A stretch of 49,127 bases of DNA, the filler included, from Streblomastix strix (lineage: Eukaryota): NCBI GenBank assembly GCA_008636045.1. It is 3 parts of 3 records of this genome, joined end to end, with 100 filler letters (N's around TTAATTAATTAA, not from the genome) between each part and the next. Parts side by side here need not be neighbours in the genome. Positions count along the whole stretch, not along the records: positions 1 to 16,313 come from SNRW01000838.1; 2 more parts are not named here. One strand, given 5' to 3'. The notes under the pieces were generated by a model, which was not told where the DNA came from, did not search any database, and was given only the letters and a program-made list of their open reading frames with translations. Shown in pieces: positions 1 through 10,406 of this stretch. Positions within the stretch are counted from its first letter, which is position 1; every line of letters starts with the position of its first letter. Made by a program: the position numbers and the translations under genes.

Positions 1-410
1 ACCACAGTTATTCTTTGGCTAATTTAAGGTACAAGTAGTAATGTAACAAGATCGGCTGCTTCTGAAGAAATATGCTCATCAATATGGAATAAAGGAACTT
101 AATCAAAGAATTATTTGACTTAACTATAATATATTTATTTAACGAAAATAGAAAACACAAATTAAAATAAGAAAAAAATTAATAATTTTTAGTACGAATT
201 ATTTTTATTATAATTTTTTAATTATTAAAATTATACCGAGAGTACTCAGCTAAAGTTAACCCAATTAATGGATGACTAGAAATATTATAGAAAATTAAAC
301 AAAAATATAAAATAAAATAAAAAATCATTTATAATAATATATAATGAGTAGTAATAATCAATATCAAACTTCCTTGTCAACATAATGTACAGAACAAGTC
401 CAAAAGAGAA
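1..410 (-). repeat. Diverged duplicate of 11882-12291 (exons and introns of the second kinase-like domain)
   Basis: 1-410 aligns with 11882-12291 (starts ACCACAGTTATTCTTTGGC, ends CCAAAAGAGAA). Nearly identical over the first ~200 nt, with scattered substitutions afterwards. Confidence 0.95.
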
Positions 411-1664
411 TCCTTTCCCAGCGAGGATGTGAGAATTAATAATTATTGCAAATTGATATTTTTTCTTCATTTTATAGTAAATATGGAATCTTCTTACATA
501 AATGGTGGAAGCGCTTCACAGTCTTCATGAGATGGACATAATCCACTGAGATCTTAAGCCAGGAAATGTATTCCTGACTGGTAATAATCATGTGAAGATT
601 GGTATTCAAAAGAAAAATATGTTTATTAATTAATTAATTTATTTATTTATTTATAAACATTTAAGGTGATTTTGGATTGGCACGAATTGCATAGTAGACA
701 TAGCAATACTACACAAAAGTTGGAGGAACATCGTATTAATATTATTTATTTTATCAATTATATTCATATCATTGTTTAATGATATTATTTCACTTTCTTA
801 TATTTTTCAGAGTTTAATTTTCCCCTGAATTACTTGAAGAAGAGGAAGATGAATCAGACAGTGGAAGTGACAACGATTTTAATAAAATCCATAAAAGATC
901 AGCAACGTATTTAATTTATTTTTAGAATAAGTCATCATAGAATTATTTTACATTTTATTATTATTTTATTATTATCTAATTATTTTCAATTTCTCTCTTC
1001 AACAATATTAATATCCATTTATTATATAATCAATGAAGCTTCGTTATACAAACTTAAGAATCGGATATATTTGCACTTGGCGAGATTTGCTACGAGCTCA
1101 TTGTACTCAAACATCCTTTTACTGGTATGATAATAAATATAATATAAAATAAAAAAAATTTATTATTTGCATTTATTTTTTTATATTATTATTAGGCAAA
1201 CAAGGAAGGATTACAAATAAAAGAATAAAGAAATGTACTCCTAAATAACTTCCTTCTCGCATATCCGAATAATTGAAGTAAATTGTGATGGCGATGCTTA
1301 ACAAAGTATGATATATTATATTCATATAAAAAAATAATTATTATTTAAACTTATTTGTTATATTTCTTTATATTTTTTAATAATTATGACTATAATATTA
1401 TCTCTTTACATCATCATTATATTATCAATTAGGATCATGTTCGAAGATCAACTACTGGACAACTTATATCACAAAACTCAATGCTAACTTTTGCTATTAA
1501 CTTTTTTGAAAATGGTATAGTGCATTATATATAATGAAATAAATAATAAATAGAATCGTTGGAAAAAATTTTATAAATAAATTTCAAAAAATTAGATAAT
1601 AAATACCTACAGGTAAAAATCAGAGGTAGTTGCAAAAATATTCAATCTTCCAGAAGAAAAATGA
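402..1664 (+). pseudogene. 5'-truncated NEK-like Ser/Thr kinase, multi-exon, with in-frame TGA in the HRD motif
   Basis: Spliced code-6 translation: KRESFPSED|QIWNLLTQMVEALHSLHEMDIIH*DLKPGNVFLTGNNHVKIG|DFGLARIA..GGTS|VQFSPELL..|SDIFALGEICYELIVLKHPF..AMLNK|DHVRRST. GT-AG introns e.g. 429-477, 602-665, 733-810. TGA at 547-549. N-lobe is absent. Confidence 0.85.
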
Positions 1665-1949
1665 GCTCTTAGTTTGTTTATTGACTCATAGGGCACCCGC
1701 CAATGTGCCCAGCACGGGAAAATTGTGACATGGTCAAAAATAAATAGCAAATATAATAAAATATACTATTTTTCATGAACTGGAACATACGAGAACATTT
1801 GTAGTTCATGAATCATCTGTTTCTTTTTCTCTTATCATTGGCGCTTCGTGCTATTCATCAGCACTGTTTAATGTCTAGACTTCAGAGCTCTCCGTTTGCC
1901 CCAAATTCCCAAGGGTGGGAACATCTTAATGTGGTGGGACAAACGAAGA

Positions 1950-3350
1950 GCTCATAACTCTTCCGGAGGATTGTTTATATCCTTCCGAGTTATAAACTAC
2001 CTCTTACTGAGATAGTAAATTCTTCGATTGTTTGTTGACTCTCCCAATATTGAAAGGATCTAAGAGTCGGGCTACTTCTTCAGCATTCGCAGCATATTTT
2101 TGAGCCTTTTAGTCATCCACTACTTCAGTTGGAGTCCTAGAATATTATAAAAATGGTTAAAAAGTGTCCTCGGTCTCAATGGAGGACTGCGTTTGGGTGA
2201 TGTGGATTCCACTGAGGGGTTAAGAAAACTCCAGGTGGCTCAATCCTGCAGAAAGAACCACAATAGGGCTTTATATTCTCTATTCAACATTGAGTATCTA
2301 ATATTTAATCTCTTCTAGAAGTGTTCTTTTTTGATATTCATTTTCTTCGTTATCGAGTTCTTCTTCCGTCTAGCCAAGCACTTCTCTGGCTTCAAAATTA
2401 TTGTTCTTATCATAATACTGCCATACTGAGGAGGCAGTGTCAGAATGGTGAGTGAATCTATCAACTTTCACACTGCTGACATTATGTTTTAGGAGTTTGG
2501 TAATCGCCGCAGCTCTAATGGAGGTAACTGAGTATGTCTTGCTAATGCCGGCAGATTGCATTACTGCTCTTATGGCTTTATTAAGATCATCAGCCTAGAT
2601 GTATTTCTCTGCATGGCTGATCCTTCAGAGTTCTTGGGCTTTGTTCAGGATGTTTGGTTCTCTGTCACCGAACCAGGATTTGAACCAACGCAGTGGGCAG
2701 ATTCTCACATCAGGAATCTTGCAAATCTTGAATTTAGCTAATATTTGGGGGCACTTTAGGATCGTTGTTTAGATTATGTACTCATCATCCGATGTGCTAA
2801 GTAGTTCAGCTCTATGCAATTCAGCTATTCTCGCTACTATTAACACCATTACTAGTGTTGCAGCTATTGCTCTCCTTTGCTGAACTGAGAGGAGACCTTG
2901 TTCTAATAACGGGACTTATTATTTGATGTAATTTAATAAAATGTCTAGATCCAAGATCTGTTTTTCTTAATCTGTTAATCTATGTCGCGTTCTAATCTTT
3001 CGCATAAGCTGCTTGACTAGCTCGGAATGGATCTATTGTTCTGGGTATCCCATGAACTTGAGCAATATTGCTAATGCACATCGTTGATTCTTGATGGAGT
3101 TGTCAGAACACTTTTGATTTATCGTATTTTTCAAATAGTTTACCACGAAGATCTATAGCTGTTCTAGGTTTAGAAGATAGTCAGGCAGTTGGTGGATTCT
3201 CTTTAGATATCCTGCCAGCAATGTTAGCCCTACAATAAGTGTTCTCCTTTAGCAGGACCAGTTGGAAATGACTCGGTCTACTGCTTTAGCACTCAGTCCT
3301 CTAGCCTACAACAATTGTCTAAAAAGTTTCTCTCCGTCTTTACTCACACT
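1950..3350 (-). pseudogene. DIRS tyrosine recombinase (YR)
   Basis: QILDLDILLNYI..ATLVMVLIVARIAELHR..TILK..ICPLRWF..EL*RI..MQSAGISKTYSVTSIRAAAITKL..RFTHHS..VWQYYDK gives the R-K-(H)xxR-H-Y pattern. One internal TGA at a Trp-like position. 3' boundary approximate. Confidence 0.85.
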
Positions 3351-3399
3351 AAAAAAAGGTAGATCAATCCAGGTGGCAGTGCCCAACCTTTGTTTCTAT

Positions 3400-5300
3400 G
3401 CTTCGTTCACATTAGTAAGACTTGCGTTCTCTCTCCTAAGCATATCTTCTGTGTTGTATGCTCTCTCAGCTCTTTGAACCTCATCTGATTGGGCTAATCT
3501 GACGCTATCAAGATTGCTATTGGAAATTGCTCTTTCTTTTCTATCCTAAAAGTTTTTATTAGTTAGGAGATTGGCGGATGTAGAAGCGGAACTATCTTAG
3601 ACCATTCTGGACTAAATCCATTTCACTTGACAGCACACTTGTCTTTAGAGATACAACAATACCTCGTGCATAGTCGGTTCGCGCGTGATTCAAATATATC
3701 TATAGAGATCTAGATCCCAAGTTCCTTGAGCGTCTTCTAGAGGACTTCTTTCTTGATTGCTCAATCTCCGCATCTGGATAACCTTGACAAGCTGTCCGGT
3801 ATAGTGTTCGAAAAACCAGAAATATGGCTAGCTTCTATTATCCAATTGTATTGTTCTGCTAACTTGAAGATTTTGTCTACTAGAGGCGCGATCGTGATTG
3901 ATCCTTTGCCCTTGTTAAGGCAGTACATTGTAACTGTGTTGTCTGTGAGTAATCGAATTCCAATATACTGTTATCAGGTCAATTCTTGACGGAATTCTAG
4001 AAGCGCTTTCAGAATTGATGTCATTTCTCGTTTATTGGAGCTCTTGAGGTTAATACCCTTCCACTCACCGTGCGCAAAGACTTTTTCCTGATTCTCTCTG
4101 ATCAATATTGCTCCACATCCTGAGCTCGACGCATATGTTTGTACCGTAATCCATCTATTAGGCTTTGTGAAGCACAGTGGTTGGTTCTGGGCAAGCTTAT
4201 TGATCCACCAAGTTATGTCTGGTATCGCACTCTTGTTGAGTTGAGCCTACTTTTTCCGGCCTCTGCTAGCTACTTCCTTGTCTTTCAGCTTTTGGAGCAT
4301 CTTAGTGTGAAGCACGCCTCGTTTAAATTGTGCTTTTGTGTATTGGATCTCTCCAATTACAGATGCCAAGTTCCTTGTTCTAGAGTGTTTTTTTTGGTTA
4401 GTTCCATCAGATGCTCTAGTTACTTTAATACTTCCCTGCATCCGGATGTTGTTGTTTGCATTGTCATTGTTCCTATGTTCCGCTGCTAATACTAAAACTC
4501 AACTATCTGCGTGAGATTGACTTGGTTCTTGTCCATTGCGATCATCCGACGAAACTGCTGTAGAATCCTCATAATTTGTTGTATTTCGAGCTGCAATATT
4601 GTGGGAACCCAATTTAGAATCAGAATATCGTCTATATTGACGAAGATTCACGAGCTGCGTTGCTTCCTGGCTTCTGCAATCTCTTATTTAAAGCATTTTA
4701 TAAAGGTTATCGAGGCCGTTGAAACCCAAAACGGCATTCCTTTGTAGCAATAAGAGTGCCAATTAAAGCTAAAGCACAGATATGGTCGCATTTCCTCTGC
4801 TACTTAAATATGATGGAAGGTTTAATGCAGGTCTATCGTTGTTGCCCAATCGTTGGGCATTATTATTTTCTGAATGAATGTAATCCCCTCTAGCTTGAAT
4901 TACTCTGTTTTCAACTCGTAATTCAGAATTCAACAGTCCAGGATCTTGCGCCAGCCTCCTTTCTTCTTTGGGATCGCGAATATTGGATTCCAGCACTTTA
5001 CGAAAGAGTCCGGGACCTGGGTTATAACATCGTCTTCCAGTTCTTACTAGATAATCTTAGATAAGCTGGAATGCGCATCTGAATCTCCCTTGAATGCGAT
5101 CTTGTGTTTCAGGACTTCTAGGTTGTGCGTACTTTCTTGGCTTTTCCAGGTAAGCGCTATACCACTTTGTATTCTATCGTTCTGGCCTATCAATCTCTAA
5201 TGCGGCAAGAAGTTCAATAATCTGGCACCCACTTTGTACTGGACTTAAGTTGAAATCGCACTGGTATCCACCGCTGGTTGCGGTATAATAATTGTTGCTC
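3400..5300 (-). pseudogene. DIRS pol: reverse transcriptase, RNase H and adenine-methyltransferase-like domain
   Basis: RT: YKGMPFWVSTAS..*IFVNIDDILIL (YxDD decayed to NIDD, ~4620-4650). RNase H: TYASSSGCGA, SSNKREM, LTDNTVTMYCLNKGKG, HISGFSNTIPDSLSR. MT: IDIFESRANRLCTRYC..W..LLHPPIS (~3560-3710). Stops and substitutions indicate decay. Confidence 0.88.
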
Positions 5301-6682
5301 GATGGCAACTCGCAATCGATTAGATCTGAGTGTTTATTGTTAACGGTCATCCCAACATGTCGTCATCATCTTCTAGTACTTCGACTTTCTCCATGCGATT
5401 CTATGCTCACTTCTGTTCTCCTTCTGCTCCTTCCATCGATATCAATCATTGAGGATTCTCCTCAGCGCATCTCTCGCAATTCTATGCTCGCTAGTTATTA
5501 TTCGGTTGCCTGTGTCCTCTCTCTCTGTAGTTATTGCACCTTCCGGAGTACTGGCTATTATCGTGAGCAGGTAGGAATTGCGCTGGGGCTGATCTTAAGT
5601 TGCTCGAGACTTAATTCCTACTTTATCCTTAAGAGGAATGTGCAAAATGAATTATTCTTAGTCGCGCTCCTGCAGTCAGACACAAGAGGTATGCATCAAT
5701 CAGGTATCTGGAAGGTGGTTGGTTAGGTACAATATGGTGGATCTGCTCTATTAATGCGCTCTCTGCGAGTGCAACTGCTCTGGCACAGTCCGCATACACA
5801 TGTGATGTTTCGTTTGGCTGTATTTCTGCTGGTTCCGAAGTAGACCATAAGTTCTCGTATCGCCATCTATTCTGTTCTGCTGACCTTCTCCAAGAGTCTC
5901 TCGGTTCCATCTTGTTCGGATCGAACTAGGAAGCTCTATGAACTCACACTATCTTGACCATTTCTTTCAGAAATTCGCCGTCTCTGTGGTAATACTTGTA
6001 GTGTTGTCGATTGTAGTGTCTGTCTCTTTGTGGTGATCATTAACGATTAGATTTGCTTGAATTCGAAGTTGATGCATTATATCCCCAGCGCTTACGTATT
6101 CTTGAATATGTTTCGTAATGTATACTGGATCATGAGCCGCTAGTACTGCTAGAAGACTCAGAAAAGGATTTCTCTGTTCGTTTGTTCTTCTTTTTCTACT
6201 GTGCGGGAAGATCCTAATCCGAATCATCGATATTTGATGCTGAGCTCGATAACGGTGCGCTGGGACGCGGTAATAACGCTACAGGCTGTCCAGACTTGCT
6301 GTTCGCGATAAGCTATGCTCCAGGGCCATGCACCATAAAGAATCTGAGCTGCTTCTCCTAACTATTGGCCGCATGTGCGTATGTCATCTTCTGTTGTGTT
6401 TCAGTCTTCGAAAATGTGTTGTTAATCGCCGGAAATCTCTAGATTCGGTCCTCATACGCCATTTACTTGCTCAGAATGTACAGTTTATGAGCATTTAGCC
6501 TTTCCATAAACCTGGTAGTCATCCTTATCAAATGTCGGCAGGACAAAACTTTAATCCGCTAAAAAGACATCTATTTCGGGACTAGGCATGAATGCCAGAA
6601 CTAAAAGTGCTCTCCTATCTTTATCATAAACTGAGGGACCTTGCTCTTACGATGAACTTGACTATTACTCCTTTTCTGCCAT
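5300..6682 (-). pseudogene. DIRS ORF1 (gag-like), disrupted
   Basis: ATG at 6682 (MAEKEQQSSSSQEQGPSVYDKDRRALLVLAFM...). Same GC-richer composition, directly upstream of RT. Called from position, not from a motif. Confidence 0.55.
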
Positions 6683-6707
6683 GCAAAGACTTTTTCGGGC
6701 TGGACCC

Positions 6708-7480
6708 ATTGGCAGGTGCTCTAAAATCCAATAAATAATCGAAGAACTCACTATCTCTGTAGGAGGTAGCTTATTACCAGGAGGAATAAGTGCGATGGAT
6801 CGTTTTTAGAAAAACGAGAAATATTTTCTGAGACATGAAAGAGAGATATGATGAAGAAAATATGATAATTTTTGGGATTCAAAGCTCCTTGAGGACGAAT
6901 TTATTAGACTTGGACATGATGAATAATTATCTACTAAAATCCTTTAAGCGAAAGTAGCTACATAGTTGTTTATTATTCAAGCATTTCGCTTTAGCGCGAT
7001 GACTCGTATCTAAATTGGTTACATAAAATTCTTGATTAGAGGATTTAATAAGATAACTGATTAACAGACTGAGGCAGATCCGCGAGTAGTGAACTTCTCC
7101 CAGAAGAACTTTCAGAATAAGTTCAACTCAACTGTATTATCATTAGCAGAACTACAGAAAAGAGTATATTAATAACTAGCAGGATATGAATTTGCACCAC
7201 AATTTATAAATTTGATTAACTAGGGCGGATTTTCTGCTGAATGACTTGTTGATATGGCGCATAGCTTGATGTCTGAGGCTGGAATCGATACTTCATCTTT
7301 TGTAGCTTATTCTGCTAAAGTAATAGGGCCCTCTAAGTTGAAAAGAATAGAATTACCGAAGACGAAATTACTAAACATGCACGGCTATCTACCAAGAGCA
7401 TAATTTTATAAAATCTTAATTTGAAACTTATCATTCGCTCAATAGTATCCCAAGTTTCTCATTCTGCTCGTTGCCTTGTT
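6708..7480 (+). pseudogene. Second, divergent DIRS-type tyrosine recombinase relic
   Basis: RKYDNFWDSKLLEDEFIRLGHDEQLSTKILQAKVATQLFIIQAFRFSAMTRI...AE*LVDMAHSLMSEAGIDTSSFVAYSAKVIGPSKL, then frameshifted ITEDEITKHARLS. Matches the DIRS YR pattern Y..WD..L..K..R..AGID..F..HS.R. Confidence 0.75.
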
Positions 7481-8180
7481 CTTTGTTTCAACTCCTGAAA
7501 AAATATTAAGTTCATAATCAGTAAAAATTGAAAAAGAAATAGCTCGAATTTTGAAAGGGCAAATAATTTATTATATTTATGTTTACTAACAAGTTAAATC
7601 TTGAATAAATATAATGAAGCATTAATAAATAGTTTCGTTAAATTTTATAGGTTATCATGCAATTTTTTTCATTTATGTCCAATTCATCAATTACTATTAA
7701 TTAAAAATATATCATTTTATAATAGAATCCAATTAAGAATTTTGTTTATTATATTAACTAAGTTTTAATAGTGCTTGGTTGAATAGGTAAAATAAATCAT
7801 GCGTTTTATTCTTGAATTTTCTCATTATTTATTTAACACTTTAAATTATTTTAATTAAAATAGAGATATGAAGCGAAATAATAGTGAAAATAATTTAAAA
7901 TTTTAGTTTCAAAATGTAAGAATTTAAATCTAAATATTATCATGTTTCTTATTATTACTTATTAATTTTTAAAACATAAAATAAATTAAATATTTTGAAT
8001 AATTTAATTATAAATTAAAAATTTTAATTTTTAAAATTTATATTTTAAAAAAATTAAATAAAATTTTATTTTTATTTTTAAATATAATTTTATAATATAA
8101 ATTTTTATAATTTTGAATATAAATTATAATACTTATAATCTACAATTTTAGCAATCGTTCTAAAAGTTGCACATTACAAT

Positions 8181-9970
8181 ATGGAAACTTGGACATAATT
8201 TTAATAATACCCGCATATATTCGATATAATAATTGATACGGTAAACAAATCTTCCGATTTTCTAACTTAGATCAAATTAGTTTTAATTAACGATTGGAAA
8301 TAAAATTAAATTAATAAATCATGGACATAAATTTAAACGAGTCTTTTAATATAATAAAAAGAATTTTCATAATAATTAGAAGGAAAAGAAAACGAATTAA
8401 CTAATTTAATTACTCAAGTCACATAGTCCTATTAGTTAATTTTAAATTTCACTCTTCTTTAAATCTAAAATATTCTATAATTAATACTTTAAAATTAAGA
8501 TAGTTCATTATCATTTATAAATCTAATAATAAATCTCGATGAATTAGTTTCAATTCCAACCAATAACCTACCTGCAAAGAAAAGATTAACAATTGAAATT
8601 CAAATTATCCAAAAAAACATGAAAATTTGATAAATTTTAATTAATGAAATAAAAATTTATGGCAGAAATGTAACAAGATATCGATTATCTGCAATTGAAC
8701 CTTCAATTTAATTTGATAAATAGACTTATTTGAAGTAATTATTAAGAGCAGGAATTTAAGAAAAATACTCAGGATTTTCTAGATTTGAATTTTACAAAAA
8801 GAAATAAATAGAATGTAAAGTTGGATTGGAAGATGAATAAGAGAATGTTAAAGAAAATGAAAGAAAGATATCAAATGAAGAAGAAAAGATTGAACAAAAG
8901 AAGAAGAAGATATAAATATAGAAAAAGATGATGAAAATTAAGAAGATGATGATAAAGATGATTATTAGGAAGATGACACATTAAATAAAAATATTGAAAT
9001 TAACTTATAAGAAGAAAAAGAAGAAAATTTTATATTCAATCATTGTCATGATAGGTCACCAGCTATAATTGTTATGTTCATCTAAGACCCAATAGAATAA
9101 TCTCCTTAAATTCGGTAATTAGTTGATAATTTGAAAAGGAAATATATACCTGGAAGTCGAAAGATAAATGAATTTTAGAAAAAAATCGACAAATTTATTA
9201 GAAAAGTAATTATTCTAGATTTTATTCCAGATGAATATAAACTTTACTTATCTGATATGTAAGATCGCATAAACTCAATCTTAAAAGCTACGGAAATTAA
9301 TTAAACTGTATGAAATACTACTCTTCAAAACACTATTTATGCTTACTTTTAGTATTTAAAATTATGGTTGGGAAAGAGTAATTGTAAACCATAAAAGGAG
9401 AAATGGAAAAATAAATTGAAGTATCAAACATGTCAGATAATCATCATGTTGAAAAAAGAGAAATGGAAAAAGAAATTGATATATCAATCTTAGCAGACTA
9501 AAATCAGGTTGAAAATGAGGACGATTAATACTTTGTTGAAAAATTGAAAGTCATCAAAAGTAGAAACATTTAGGATGATGATCTAGCATGGTTCTTACTT
9601 CAATTTCAGCTGGAACACTTTCCTAGCCTATGCTTATCAAAAATTATTTTCATGTGGATTATAGAACATATGCTCCTGCATCTTTAAGAAAGCATAATAA
9701 TATTATATGGAATGAATCAATAAACGTAATTCCATCAAATGAATAGCTTTCTTTAAATACTTAGCATTTCAACTTAATGTAATAGAATTAAAGTGGCAAT
9801 ATCCCACTGGCTTCGAAGTGGGATCTGACTATTTATTTTCCACTATCTGATAAAAATAGCAAGAAAAAAATTGTTAAAATTTAAAACGATGATTATAATG
9901 ATAATGAAATAAAAGATAGGAAAAGTAATGAGAATAAGATATAATAAAATGGAAATGAAGAAAAATGATC
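8181..9970 (+). pseudogene. Intronless orphan ORF of unknown family with acidic tract, disrupted
   Basis: Code-6 frame from ATG 8181 (METWTQFQQYPHIFDII...). TGA at 8628, apparent frameshift in the E/D tract near 8900, further disruptions after 9300. Confidence 0.5.
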
Positions 9971-10406
9971 ATATGAGTTATTAATTTACTTTTGAATATT
10001 TGAAATTAATGTTCGTTTAATCTTAGTTCTTCAAATATTAATATTTTTTACCCATAATTTTAAATTTTTAATTCAAACTTGCAATCAAGTATTAATTATG
10101 TATTATTTATAAATTAGTTGAAAATTTTATATTTTATATTCACTTCAGAATCAATACGATATTAACAAAATTTTTTTAGTTTTCTTCAATAAATTCATAT
10201 TATTTCATTCAAATAAAGAATTAATAAATTTATTGGAAATATTAAGACTTAAAATATAAATGTGAAAGGAAAAAAAAAATTTTATCAATTGGGTGAAGAA
10301 CTTATGTGATATACTATTTATAAAATTGCATTGAGTAACATAGTGCACTTCCTGATGCACAGTTGTTGAAGAGTAAAATGAAATGGAGAAAAGATGGAGG
10401 AATTAC

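Larger units (their letters stand above)
1690..6700 (-). mobile_element. DIRS-type (tyrosine-recombinase) retrotransposon, degenerate
   Basis: Higher-GC intronless block with gag-like, RT, RNase H, methyltransferase-like and YR coding regions in DIRS order on the minus strand. Termini are approximate; no target-site duplication is expected for YR elements. Confidence 0.9.

Noticed and set aside
1800..1870. Minus-strand CTGATGA...GAAA suggesting a hammerhead ribozyme at the DIRS 3' end
   Set aside because: CTGATGA is present (1855-1861), but I could not build stems II and III or a cleavage triplet around it.
2556..5726. Plus-strand track ORFs over the retroelement
   Set aside because: They are antisense to recognisable RT/RNase H/YR frames and have no motifs of their own.
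1950..7480. TGAs inside retroelement ORFs as evidence for recoding
   Set aside because: These ORFs also have frameshifts and broken active sites, and their TGAs fall at both Arg and Trp positions, so ordinary decay explains them.
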